A DNA stretch of 64,000 nt from an uncultured Pseudomonadales bacterium (GTDB taxonomy: Bacteria; Patescibacteriota; Microgenomatia; UBA1400; PJMF01). The notes beneath the pieces are model-generated. The model had not been told where the DNA came from. It was given only the letters and a program-made list of their open reading frames with translations, and searched no databases. Position 1 is the stretch's first letter. Every line of letters begins with the position of its first letter. The position numbers were made by a program, and so were the translations under genes. The stretch is from the NCBI GenBank assembly GCA_964502565.1, contig CAZCXA010000002.1:648-64647 (forward strand), given 5' to 3'. Below, piece after piece: positions 48,451-58,482 of the stretch.

Positions 48451-48912
48451 AGTCCTGATTTAATTCATGTGTGCTAATTAATTAAACTGGGAGAAAAAGT
48501 TGCATAAACTTAGTTTGAAAACTCAATCTCTCCTGACGAACAGCAATATTATAACAGAATTTTTTTTTGACGCTTAATCTGGTAATCTTCTCATCGACCA
48601 TATAATATAAAAATCTGTAATAGTAAAAAACAGTGTTAAGATATTCACTGTGAAATATTATATTTCACATTTTTTTTCATAAAATTCTATACAAACTCAA
48701 TGCTGTAAAGGTTTGAGGTTTAATCTTTCACGTGATTTTTCAACGATCTATCCGCCATTTTATCATTTGCTAACTTAATTGCAGCTCTTTATATTGATTA
48801 TCTCTAAAAATTTAATCACGGATTACGTCAGCACTAATAACCAACGCAATAATAATCTCATCAATAATCTCATCTAATAGTCGGATACTTTATTTTTTTT
48901 CTTTTGGGGTTT

Positions 48913-51900
48913 TTACTCGAACTTAACCACCACAAAACCACTGCCAATATCGCTTGTTACAACCAACTGATTGTTGTTTACCTCGGCCTGGGGAGAAATT
49001 CTTGTTGCTCGCAATGTTTGTAAATGTTTTAAACTTATCACTGCTGGTCGTTTTTTTAACCCTGGCTGTAGTTGATCAAAGAAAAAGTACGACTGCCCTG
49101 GCTCAATTTGCAAAGGGTTGGAGTAATACAACCCTATCTCTAGCTCCTTACCCGTCTCCACCTCAGCAACTAAGCCAAACACCTTTCGATTATGATCAAT
49201 ATAGTTTAAAACTTGATCCTCTGGCATCCTCTCTCCATTTAACTCTATTCTATCCAGGGTAGTTTCAGGATTAACATAAAACCGTAAATAAAACTTATAT
49301 TTTCCAAGTGGCCAAATATTAGAGCGGGCTTTATTGACAAACTTAATATGTCTTTGGTGCACAATCTTGTCCTGAGCAATCTCGATAGAATGAACAATGC
49401 TTTGGTTTACATATGGATTTATCTTGTTCACTCCAATATTAGCCTCAACTTGATAAACTTGATCCACAACACACGACTCACCAAACCCGTTAGGACATTC
49501 TGGCTGAGCTAACGAGCCAGACCAGCCCAGCTGACTCACCGTGCCACTCAACTCGGTGTCGCGCAAATATAGTAAGGCTTGCTGATCACGCAATGATTGA
49601 AAAAACAGGTTAAAAAAATCAATTTTTTGAGCATCCTCAAGATTGGGGAGTTGATGCAAGATAGCCTCAAGTAAAAGCGTGTAAAAGTTTTTGTCAGAGA
49701 CTTGATTCTGTTGTTCTGACAGGGCTAACTCAAGACGGTTGCTTAGGTTCCAGGAGTTAATCACCTCTTCCTGACCCTCAATCTTAACATCCCCGATTAA
49801 AGCCAAGATGTTCTTTACCAAACTATAGTTTATGCCAATAATGCCATCCACCGGTTGATTAAGTGACTCCTTGATAAACCAACTTAACCTTTGAGATGTA
49901 AAGTTAAAGTCAGGATCCCAGTTAGCATCTCTGAAATAAAGGCTTGTCTCGCCTAAAAAAGATTGCACCTCTGGTGGGGCCGCGATTTTTCCCAACACCT
50001 TGTCGTCGATTTGGTTGGTGTTAAAAACCTGCCAATCAACCAGCTTCCCATCCTCGATCACCAGCATGACCAAACCCTCAATAAAACCACCGGTTGGTCT
50101 TAACTCGCTCTCGTCTTGAAGTAAAAGATAAAAAACCTGCTTCTGATCAACACCCATCAAGCTCGGCAAGATCTGATCGAGTTGTTGCACCATTAAATTT
50201 CTTGATCTCATTTCTTTTAACTGGCTGAGAGTCCGAGCAAACTTGTTATCAAGTTCTATTGAAAAATTATTAACCGGAAGTTCATCTAGGTCAGCGTGAA
50301 ACAGAGACAGTTTTTCAAAAATTAACCGATCTTTTGTCTCTTTAAGCTTTGTTAATTGACCGATACTTGGTTGAGTCAAACCTAAATGATCACTGTCAAC
50401 CAGATCCTGGTTGTTACTAAGTTCTATACTACTGGAAGTTTTTAAAAACAGATGGTCAAAGATTGCAATAGACAATGCGCGAGAGTTCTTGATTTCTTGA
50501 GAAAGTTCGACAAGTTGATGGTTTATCCTAACCAAGTCTCTACTTTTCTGAATTAAATGAATATCTAAAAACTTATCAAGGAACTCGGCTCGCTTTAAAA
50601 GGTTGGCATCTATTTCCTGGAATAAGAAGTTGTTATCCTGTAAAAAATAATCAATATTCTGCTCTAAAACTAACCGAGATTGACGAAAGTTAATTGACAG
50701 CGTCGCAACTAAAGTTGCAAAGACTATACCCAACACCAACAACACAAACCCGCCAGCAAAGATCGCTTTTTTTCGACCACTTTTCTTTTTAATACGATTC
50801 ATTAAAACAGCTTTTACTGAACGTCTTTCTGTCTTTTGCTCAACTCTGCGTTTAGAAAAAAGTTTGTTGACACTTTGCGTGATTTGGCTAGGAGTGATCT
50901 TATCCTCAATGGAAGGCAGGGGAGAGGTTTTCTTAAAAATCTGAGGTTGTTCTGCTCCTGGGACACGGTTAATAGCCAAGTGTGGTTTTGTTTTTTCTGT
51001 CTGACCCAAGGGCTTTTGACTAGATTTAAGACTGGATTGTTTTAACACACCGCTGTTTTTAACCCCAGCTTTTTTTAAATCTTTAGCTTGTGCAACATTG
51101 GTCAGCTCTGGCTTACTCCAGCTTGAGTTACTTAAAACCATGCTTGTTTTAAGTATTGGCTGGTTTTGAGTTAATAACTCATCTAACAGGCTGGGTTCAA
51201 CTCCTGAACTTTGAGAAGAGATTTGGGAGAGAACCTTGCGTAATATTTCTAGCTCAATCTTTTTAAGAGTAACCTCGATCACGTCTGGTTTTTTTTCTAG
51301 CCTAGTAAGGCCCCGCGCTTTTATCAATAATATTTCAAGCTCTTTTTGATAATTAGATTGATACATCAATTTAATTTCAAAACATAACTCATCACTGGTA
51401 AGCTTTCCCCCGCGTATTAAAAAATTATAGCCAGCAGGTTTGATCAACTCTTTACCAACCGCATTAAAAAAATCATCAACAGTTTGAAAATAAAACTCCT
51501 GTTGAGGATCGAGTAGGTAGCCGTTGGGAACTGCTTGTGTTAAAAACCTAAGAGGGTGGGAAATGGGTCTTGATTCATCATCCTGATAAATTAAATCCTG
51601 TCCAATAATAATCTTTTTTGAAAAAGGAGAGCTGTATAGATGGCTGATTAAACTGTCTTCTAGTGTGGTTTGTTGTTGCCATTCCTTAAACAGGGGAGAG
51701 GTGGCATCGATCTTACTTGAGATTCCAACTAGATAGACCTGAGGTGTTTGGACTGGTTGGAGAATGTCAATGATTCTTTGACAAAGACTGACCTTGTTTG
51801 AGGTTAATCTTGAAATATCAAAAATTGTTATAATCTTGTAATATTTTTCAAGAAGATTATCATTTACTATTTCTACAAGAGACTCAAGGCATTGATTATG

Positions 51901-52035
51901 GTTTAAACTCAGGAGCTCAACCTTAATCTGTTGATCTTGATAAAACTCCACCACTAAATCAGCTAGTCTTCCTGGTTGAGCAATGAGAAGAACTTGTAAA
52001 TCTTCGAGCAGGGTTTCGGTTTGGACAAAAGACAT
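48913..52035 (-). CDS. DUF4012-domain membrane protein with large N-terminal region
   Basis: Central TM; 'YLLLQ...ELRPTGGFI', 'FRDANWDPDF', 'DGIIGI', 'EANIG.NK.N'. Confidence 0.8.
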   Translation of the reverse strand: MSFVQTETLLEDLQVLLIAQPGRLADLVVEFYQDQQIKVELLSLNHNQCLESLVEIVNDNLLEKYYKIITIFDISRLTSNKVSLCQRIIDILQPVQTPQVYLVGISSKIDATSPLFKEWQQQTTLEDSLISHLYSSPFSKKIIIGQDLIYQDDESRPISHPLRFLTQAVPNGYLLDPQQEFYFQTVDDFFNAVGKELIKPAGYNFLIRGGKLTSDELCFEIKLMYQSNYQKELEILLIKARGLTRLEKKPDVIEVTLKKIELEILRKVLSQISSQSSGVEPSLLDELLTQNQPILKTSMVLSNSSWSKPELTNVAQAKDLKKAGVKNSGVLKQSSLKSSQKPLGQTEKTKPHLAINRVPGAEQPQIFKKTSPLPSIEDKITPSQITQSVNKLFSKRRVEQKTERRSVKAVLMNRIKKKSGRKKAIFAGGFVLLVLGIVFATLVATLSINFRQSRLVLEQNIDYFLQDNNFLFQEIDANLLKRAEFLDKFLDIHLIQKSRDLVRINHQLVELSQEIKNSRALSIAIFDHLFLKTSSSIELSNNQDLVDSDHLGLTQPSIGQLTKLKETKDRLIFEKLSLFHADLDELPVNNFSIELDNKFARTLSQLKEMRSRNLMVQQLDQILPSLMGVDQKQVFYLLLQDESELRPTGGFIEGLVMLVIEDGKLVDWQVFNTNQIDDKVLGKIAAPPEVQSFLGETSLYFRDANWDPDFNFTSQRLSWFIKESLNQPVDGIIGINYSLVKNILALIGDVKIEGQEEVINSWNLSNRLELALSEQQNQVSDKNFYTLLLEAILHQLPNLEDAQKIDFFNLFFQSLRDQQALLYLRDTELSGTVSQLGWSGSLAQPECPNGFGESCVVDQVYQVEANIGVNKINPYVNQSIVHSIEIAQDKIVHQRHIKFVNKARSNIWPLGKYKFYLRFYVNPETTLDRIELNGERMPEDQVLNYIDHNRKVFGLVAEVETGKELEIGLYYSNPLQIEPGQSYFFFDQLQPGLKKRPAVISLKHLQTLRATRISPQAEVNNNQLVVTSDIGSGFVVVKFE

Positions 52036-52191
52036 AGTGTAGCCGTGTTTTAAGGATACACTAAAATCGGAAAATTATAAATTCAAGAATTGAAAAAAAT
52101 TAAAAATAAAAAGAACAAAGGTCTTTATCACCCAGTATTAAAAATGGTCGTTAGCCAACCACTACAACCATGTCTTTAGCTTTTTTTGCTT

Positions 52192-52719
52192 TTAACCTTT
52201 AGCCTTACACCCCAGGTCCATTGCTTGGTTGGCTAGCCAGTCAGCTTGTTGGTTTAAATCTCTTGTGATATGCATAAACTTCGCTGGCCAGGCTATCTTT
52301 TTTAAAACATCCCAACACTGATTCGCTAAGTCCTGCATTCTTTTTTCCTTAATCTTCCAGTTTCCGCTCATCTGTTGAACCACTAACAAAGAATCCATGT
52401 TAAAAACCATCTCACAGACCATTAAATCATTGTTTTTAAGCTGTTGCTCCTTGATTTGAAGAATTAGCTTCAACGCTAACAAAAGAGCTAAATATTCCGC
52501 TTCATTGTTAGTTTTAACACCAAGAAAAATCGCCAACTGTTTCTCAATGCTTAGGTTTTTATCTAAAAATCCAGTTATAACCACCCCAGCCCCAGAAATT
52601 CCAGGATTACCCCTTGAGGCACCATCACAAAAGATATTAATAATCTGGTTGGAACTTACTTGGTTCATTAAGTTGAGAATAAAAATATTTATTTTTTTTG
52701 TAAAGAGATTATTAAACAA
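52192..52719 (-). CDS. rnhA: Ribonuclease HI family protein
   Basis: 'DGASRGNPG.SGAG', 'TNNEAEY.AL', 'DS.LVV.Q..G.WK.K', 'N..AD.LAN.A.D'; true start probably near 52668. Confidence 0.88.
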   Translation of the reverse strand: MFNNLFTKKINIFILNLMNQVSSNQIINIFCDGASRGNPGISGAGVVITGFLDKNLSIEKQLAIFLGVKTNNEAEYLALLLALKLILQIKEQQLKNNDLMVCEMVFNMDSLLVVQQMSGNWKIKEKRMQDLANQCWDVLKKIAWPAKFMHITRDLNQQADWLANQAMDLGCKAKG

Positions 52720-53150
52720 CGCCCATAACCCTCGTCTCTAGAAAACGTGGTGACTTGCGAAAACTTTACATCTTGATTAAGCGCAGAATGAACCACATAC
52801 CTCTCATAAGAGTTTAGACCTCGCATTACCTGATCTTCACCTGTCTCTAGCACTTTTTCTGCAAGTTGAGTTGCCTCCTTGATTAATATGGCCTCATTTT
52901 GTTTTCGATAGTTGTTAACATCGCAAATTAATCTTTTTTCCTTGATCTCTTTTCTAAAAACAAGCTTGAGTAGATACTCTAAGGATAAGATTGCCTCGCC
53001 ATCATTTTTAAAAAACTCAGACTCTTTTTCTTTAGGAACGTTTAAGTTAATCCGAAGGCGAGCGTTGTCATCATCAACTTCAATATCAACAGCATCTTCT
53101 TGAATGTTTAAAAACAAACAGGTTTTAGTAAGAAAATCTTTAATGTTCAT
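52689..53150 (-). CDS. Jag/KhpB-like RNA-binding protein (KH + R3H)
   Basis: 'G..I.SL.Y', 'DVNNYR', 'LNSYER..VH'; follows yidC. Confidence 0.8.
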   Translation of the reverse strand: MNIKDFLTKTCLFLNIQEDAVDIEVDDDNARLRINLNVPKEKESEFFKNDGEAILSLEYLLKLVFRKEIKEKRLICDVNNYRKQNEAILIKEATQLAEKVLETGEDQVMRGLNSYERYVVHSALNQDVKFSQVTTFSRDEGYGRCLIISLQKK

Positions 53151-53282
53151 GTAAAAATCAGTGTTTGTAGAGTTAAAAAAATTAAATTCTGATGAAAAAT
53201 ATCTAACAAGGCTGAAGGTATTTTAAAAAAAATTAATAAATCTCATTAATCAGCAAAACTCGCTAATTAATGATTATTCTTG

Positions 53283-54038
53283 TTAATGATTGTTCTTAAT
53301 CTTCAACATCAGCCTTTGATAGTATAAACCCAAACCTCCCCAGCCAGAAACAAAATATTGCTGAACAATACCAAATAAATTAGCTACCACCCAGTAGACA
53401 GCTAAACCAGAAGGAAACTTGACAGCAATGAATGCAGTCATGATCGGCATAATAAAAATCATCTGTTGCTGCATGCTCTTGGCCATATCAGCCATATCTT
53501 CTTCTTTTTTATTCTGCTCCTGAACCTCTTTTTTCTTAGATTTATTTGGCACCATATCTCGCACCTCGGCGCCCGGTGATATCATTAGCGACATAAATAA
53601 CTGAGACACTCCTGCCACGATTGGTAATATGTAGGTGCTATCTTGCTGGGTTAGATCCATCCATAAAAAATGAGTGTTGATCACCATGCCATCAATCTCG
53701 CCATTGCCTAAAAAACTATTCAGGGAGCGATATAAACCAATTAATATCACGATCATTATTATTTGTGGTAAACATCCGGAGAGAGGATTGATGTTATATT
53801 TCTGGTACAACTCGGTCTGAGCATCTCTTAACTCTTTGGGTTTATTTTTGTATTTTTCCTTAAGTTTATCTAGTTCTGGCTTAACCTTCTCCATCTGATC
53901 TCTGGCTTTTAAACTGGGAACAGAGAGGGGGATCAAGAGAGATTTAATCAGAACTGTAAGCACGATGATTGACACCCCTAAACTTCCAAAAAAAGAATAA
54001 AGCGAGGTTAAAATAATGGTAAAAAATTGTTCTATCAT
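53283..54038 (-). CDS. yidC: Membrane protein insertase YidC
   Basis: 'G.SII.LT..IK..L.PL', 'LYQKY.INP.SGCLP', 'FLW.DL', 'PSGL.VYW...N'. Confidence 0.93.
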   Translation of the reverse strand: MIEQFFTIILTSLYSFFGSLGVSIIVLTVLIKSLLIPLSVPSLKARDQMEKVKPELDKLKEKYKNKPKELRDAQTELYQKYNINPLSGCLPQIIMIVILIGLYRSLNSFLGNGEIDGMVINTHFLWMDLTQQDSTYILPIVAGVSQLFMSLMISPGAEVRDMVPNKSKKKEVQEQNKKEEDMADMAKSMQQQMIFIMPIMTAFIAVKFPSGLAVYWVVANLFGIVQQYFVSGWGGLGLYYQRLMLKIKNNH

Positions 54039-54077
54039 GTTAAAAATTTAAGCTAAATAAGAATATTTTCAAGATAT

Positions 54078-54266
54078 CTAATAAACAACGCAACTTATTA
54101 CTCTTTTCAAGCCTTTGATTCCGCCTTTTATCACTCCATTTTTTTGAATCTCATTTCTTGTGTACACACTACAAGAAGGAGAGTGGCAACAAGTGCTGGA
54201 AAAACCAAAAATGCTTGTAAAAACTTGATGTTTAACCTCTCTGAAAAATAAATAAACTCTCTTCAT
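54078..54266 (-). CDS. yidD: Membrane protein insertion efficiency factor YidD
   Basis: 'C..SPSCS.Y....I...GV.KG......R...C'; sits between rnpA and yidC. Confidence 0.8.
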   Translation of the reverse strand: MKRVYLFFREVKHQVFTSIFGFSSTCCHSPSCSVYTRNEIQKNGVIKGGIKGLKRVISCVVY

Positions 54267-54283
54267 AATTAAGAACGGATAAT

Positions 54284-54622
54284 TTAACTAAAACGCTTTA
54301 GTATTACATTAAGTTTTTCTTGAATATCTTGTTCTAGTTTTTCTTCGCTAAGCTCAAGTTGTTTATAAACCAGTAGTATTAACTCGATTGATAAATTTTT
54401 AATTAAATGTTTTTCAATAATCTGATAAATTTTTCTTCTTAATTTATTCCTGAGAAAGGCTTTGTTGTAAACCTTGGTTGGAACAACCACCGCAACCTTA
54501 AAACTATTATCATTAGCAATATCTGCAAAATACTTTATCGAGTCAGACTCGGTTATTTTTTTTCTAAATAACTCTCTATTTTGCTGTTCTTTTAAGTTTA
54601 GCCTATTTTTTTTAGGCAACAT
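54284..54622 (-). CDS. rnpA: Ribonuclease P protein component
   Basis: 'MLPKKNRL', 'AVVV..KV..KA..RNKLRR'. Confidence 0.88.
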   Translation of the reverse strand: MLPKKNRLNLKEQQNRELFRKKITESDSIKYFADIANDNSFKVAVVVPTKVYNKAFLRNKLRRKIYQIIEKHLIKNLSIELILLVYKQLELSEEKLEQDIQEKLNVILKRFS

Positions 54623-54638
54623 AGCATTAAGATTAAAT

Positions 54639-54791
54639 TTACTTATACCTCTTGTTCACGGTTTTACTCAACTCGGTTCTTTTTTTAACTCTTCTGGCAG
54701 ATAGAATCTTTTTCTTGGTTGCTTGACGAGTTAAAAAACCATGTTTTCTAACCCTTTTGCGAGACTTTGGTTGATAGGTTTGTTTTGGCAT
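54639..54791 (-). CDS. rpmH: 50S ribosomal protein L34 (absent from the ORF track)
   Basis: MPKQTYQPKSRKRVRKHGFLTRQATKKKILSARRVKKRTELSK... Confidence 0.93.
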   Translation of the reverse strand: MPKQTYQPKSRKRVRKHGFLTRQATKKKILSARRVKKRTELSKTVNKRYK

Positions 54792-54983
54792 TAGGGTAAA
54801 AATTTAAAAAAATAAAAATTTTCTCTTTATCTTTAATAGTTGTTATCAATGTTAATCTCCTGTTTAATTTGTTGATTATAACTCAACAAGTCATATAACA
54901 AAAGACCCTTTAGTTGTTTATGGTAACTTAACACCTATGCTGGAGTGGTTGTGTAGCCGTGATTATATAAATAACCTCAACCA

Positions 54984-56099
54984 TCACTCATTTACCCTAA
55001 AGGGCATCACTATGTAAATATACTCACTTAACTCAGGCAGGCAAAATGCCACTGGTTTTAAACTCTCGTTAATGCAAACTTTAATAGTGCTTGGCTTAAC
55101 ACTGTTAAAAAAATCCATTAAATATCTAATGTCAAACGCCACCTCTATATCCGAGAGAAACGAACTTGATTTAATTACAGGAATTGTTCCAAGATACTCT
55201 CCAAATGAGGTAGTGATTGACTTAATCAGTAGACTCTCTTTTTTTAACTCAACCCTGACAATGTTGGATGCTTCCCGAGCAATAATGGAAGCTTTCTGGA
55301 ACTCCTGCTCGATCTCCTCGCCAGAGACCTCAAACTCCAGCTTAAAATTCTCTGGAATAATCTTTTCATATGGAGGATAATCACCCTCAACCAATCTGAT
55401 AAACATCTCGTTTTCTCCGATAACAACCTTGATTTGTTTCAGCTCTTGGGAAACTTGGAGTTTAACCTCATCCACACCTACCTGATCAACAACCCTACAA
55501 ATCTCCTCAAAAGCTTTAATCGGCATTAATATTTTTTGATTAAAATCAAGTTTTTGCTCAGGGTATTTATTAATAGCAAGACGAAAGCCATCTGTTGCTA
55601 CCACCTCCAAACCCTGCTTGCTGAAATCTAGCATAATAGTTGTAAGAATCGGTCTCACCTGATCTCTACTAGAGGCAAAACTAATTAAAGAGTTAATCTC
55701 TTGAATAGTTTCTGATGATAAGTTAATCTCTTCACCCTTAATGGCTGGAAAATCAGGGTAGTCTGAGGGAGCGTTGATCGGTAGCTTAACCCTGCTAGTT
55801 CCGGCACTCACAACAATCTCTTTTTCCTTAATCTCTAAAGCAACATCCTTTGAGCTCAGAGAGCTAATAACATCTTTAAACATTTGTCCTGGCACCGCGA
55901 TTGATTTTTTTTCATTATTTTCAATATCGATTGTGGTTCTGATTCCTAGATACAGATCGGTTGCTGATAAAACAAGCTTGTTTTTTTTAAACTCAAACAA
56001 GATAGAGGAGAGGATAGGTAACTGAGGGTTGCTCGGAACAGCTTTTGAGATACTTTTAAGTGAGTTTTGTAAGTTTTTTAGATCGAGTTTAATTTTCAT
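54984..56099 (-). CDS. dnaN: DNA polymerase III beta clamp
   Basis: 'P.LPIL', 'ATDL', 'ATDGFRLA', 'RL..GDYP.YEKIIP', 'YIVMP'. Confidence 0.95.
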   Translation of the reverse strand: MKIKLDLKNLQNSLKSISKAVPSNPQLPILSSILFEFKKNKLVLSATDLYLGIRTTIDIENNEKKSIAVPGQMFKDVISSLSSKDVALEIKEKEIVVSAGTSRVKLPINAPSDYPDFPAIKGEEINLSSETIQEINSLISFASSRDQVRPILTTIMLDFSKQGLEVVATDGFRLAINKYPEQKLDFNQKILMPIKAFEEICRVVDQVGVDEVKLQVSQELKQIKVVIGENEMFIRLVEGDYPPYEKIIPENFKLEFEVSGEEIEQEFQKASIIAREASNIVRVELKKESLLIKSITTSFGEYLGTIPVIKSSSFLSDIEVAFDIRYLMDFFNSVKPSTIKVCINESLKPVAFCLPELSEYIYIVMPFRVNE

Positions 56100-56436
56100 A
56101 ATGAGTTTTTACAAACTTATGTTTTTGATTTTACTAATAATAATTATTTATCTTTTACTCTCTATTTTAATCTTTTATATAAAACTAGTAATAGTAGTAA
56201 TAGAGGTTGTTGAAAAGTGGAAAATTACGATTATCCTATCTTTAAAAACGAGTAATTTAGCTGTGACTAAGTTATTAATTAATCTTAATTAAAACTGGAA
56301 TGAGTGTGATAATCTTTTGGAAAAATTATAGTTTACGAATTAGATATTAACATTTTAGATATTTATCAAGAATTAATTCAGAGGATATCAACATAGTTTT
56401 CCACAAAAGTGGAAAAGTGATTGTATTTTTCCTATT
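56100..56436. other. Replication origin oriC (unwinding element with DnaA-trios and DnaA boxes)
   Basis: AT-rich tract, TAG/TAA trios at 56186-56203, tandem boxes TGTTGAAAA/AGTGGAAAA at 56208-56224, TTTTCCACA at 56397-56405, AGTGGAAAA at 56408-56416. Confidence 0.85.
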
Positions 56437-58008
56437 TTAATCTGATAACTTAAGTAATTTAGATTTTAATTCTGAAAAATCCTGCATCATTATCTCATCT
56501 TCTTCCAGCATTTTTTCAATCTTGTTTTTAGCATGCATCACCGAGGTGTGGTCTCGATTTGAAAACCATTTACCTATCTCAACATAAGATAAGTTTAGAC
56601 TATCTTTTAAAAAGTACATCGCAATATGCCTTGGATAAACCAGCTCTTTATTACGACCACGCCCTCTTACCTCTGACTGTTTAACATCAAAATGATCGCA
56701 GATTTTTTTAATTACCTTTTGAGGCTTTAGCCTGATGGTTCTGGGTCGTCCATTGGTTTTTTCTTTTTGCAGAATGTTGTCAATCAACTCATCATTAATC
56801 TCTTTACCATTAAGTTCTACCTCTGATCTAATAATCGAGATCACACCCTCAATCTTTCGCGCGCTATCAACACTAGTGGCGATCTTGGTGGCAATCTCCA
56901 TTGGTAAAGAGATTCCAACCGAGCGAGATTTAATCAACACAATGGCAATCCTAAGTTCTAAAGATGGTTGTTGAATATCAATCATAAGACCTGCCTCAAA
57001 CCTGGATTTTAAACGGTCTTCTAGAAGAGTAATGGCGTCTGGGGGTCGATCAGAGGTTAAGATAATTTGATGAGACAGCTTGGTAAGCGCATCAAAAGTG
57101 TGGAAAAACTCTTCTTGAACAGCATTTTTGCCAGCAATAAACTGAATATCATCGATTAATAATACTTGAGCACTTCGAAACTTCTTCTTAAACTTGATTG
57201 CTTTTTTACTCCGAATCGCATCAATAATCTCGTTAGTAAAATCCTCACCAGTGCAGTAGATGACGTTTTTACTTGGATCTTGCTTAATAGCATGGTGACC
57301 AATGGCGTGCATGAGATGGGTTTTGCCCACACCCACCCCACCATAAAGAAAAAGCGGGTTGTAGGCCTCTCCGGGACGTTTTGCAACCGCGGTTGCTGCA
57401 GCATGAGCCATCTCATTACTGCCAGATACGGCAAAGTTTTTAAAGGTATAATCTGGTCTTAAACCAGCGCGTCTAATAGCAGTGGTTATTCTATCTTGTT
57501 GCGTGTTGGCAATGTTTTGTTGAGAAAATAGATCCTCCACCCTAACAGACTCCAAGTCTTGAGACTCGATAACTCTAAGACCGTTGGTGGTTAGTTGGCT
57601 GTTTTGATTGAGGTTTTGTGATTGACTGGGTTGATCTTGAAACGAGCTTTTGCGTAAGTTTCGGTTGACTCTATAACCCTGTCTATTACTTTTGAATGAC
57701 ATCTCTTTTTGCTGAGATAAAATTTGAGAAGGGTCTTGAATCTTGAAATCGAGAGTAACTTTTTTGTTCAATGCGTGCTCAAGCGCAGACTTAAGTTGTA
57801 GGTAAAGGTTTTTTTTAAGATTGGTTGCATGAAAAGCGCTGGGGGTAGAGATAACACCTACCGCTTCTTGAGTGCTGTTAATCTGAACCTCGGTGAGCGG
57901 GTTGGTTAGAACCCAAGTGCTAAAGGCAGCTGGAGAGAGTTGGGGTTCCAGCTCTTTTTTAACCTGCGACCAAATGTTCTTTACTTCTTGAGGTGTAAGG
58001 GTTTGCAT
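56437..58008 (-). CDS. dnaA: Chromosomal replication initiator DnaA
   Basis: 'YNPLFLYGGVGVGKTHL', 'LLIDDIQF', 'QEEFFHTF', 'RLKSRF..GL', 'RDHTSVMHA'. Confidence 0.98.
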   Translation of the reverse strand: MQTLTPQEVKNIWSQVKKELEPQLSPAAFSTWVLTNPLTEVQINSTQEAVGVISTPSAFHATNLKKNLYLQLKSALEHALNKKVTLDFKIQDPSQILSQQKEMSFKSNRQGYRVNRNLRKSSFQDQPSQSQNLNQNSQLTTNGLRVIESQDLESVRVEDLFSQQNIANTQQDRITTAIRRAGLRPDYTFKNFAVSGSNEMAHAAATAVAKRPGEAYNPLFLYGGVGVGKTHLMHAIGHHAIKQDPSKNVIYCTGEDFTNEIIDAIRSKKAIKFKKKFRSAQVLLIDDIQFIAGKNAVQEEFFHTFDALTKLSHQIILTSDRPPDAITLLEDRLKSRFEAGLMIDIQQPSLELRIAIVLIKSRSVGISLPMEIATKIATSVDSARKIEGVISIIRSEVELNGKEINDELIDNILQKEKTNGRPRTIRLKPQKVIKKICDHFDVKQSEVRGRGRNKELVYPRHIAMYFLKDSLNLSYVEIGKWFSNRDHTSVMHAKNKIEKMLEEDEIMMQDFSELKSKLLKLSD

Positions 58009-58298
58009 GTAAGCTTAAAATTAAAAATAAAAAGTTAAGATTCAAAAAGCTAAAAGCTTAATGTAAAAGATAAAAATATTATCTTTTAAGCCAGTTGATA
58101 TTATCGTGGTAAAAAATAGTCTGTTAATAATTTTTTTCTATAGGAGCAGGCTTAATGCTCTTAATGCTGACGAAAAACCAGCTCGTTTAAGAGTAGTTAT
58201 TTTTTAGGGCAGAGGGCAGAAGGTAAGCTTTTAATGGTGCTTGGGGTGTGAGCCACAAACTTCAACTGAAGAGCAGTTTTTTAATTTACCGAGTATAG

Positions 58299-58319
58299 TT
58301 ATATACATAGTTTTTCACA
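58299..58319. promoter_or_regulatory. DnaA-box-like sites upstream of dnaA
   Basis: TTATATACA (58299-58307) and TTTTTCACA (58311-58319). Confidence 0.5.
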
Positions 58320-58482
58320 TTGAAAAGGGGTAGTTTAAAAAAGTTAGAACTTGAAAGAGTAAAAATATTTGGTGTATGGTGCTAATTTTTAGCTCAAATC
58401 AAATATACAGCCACGATCTATACAGTCATTGCCTTTAAGCCGTTAAACAACACCAACTGTTAAATACCTATTATTTATTATT

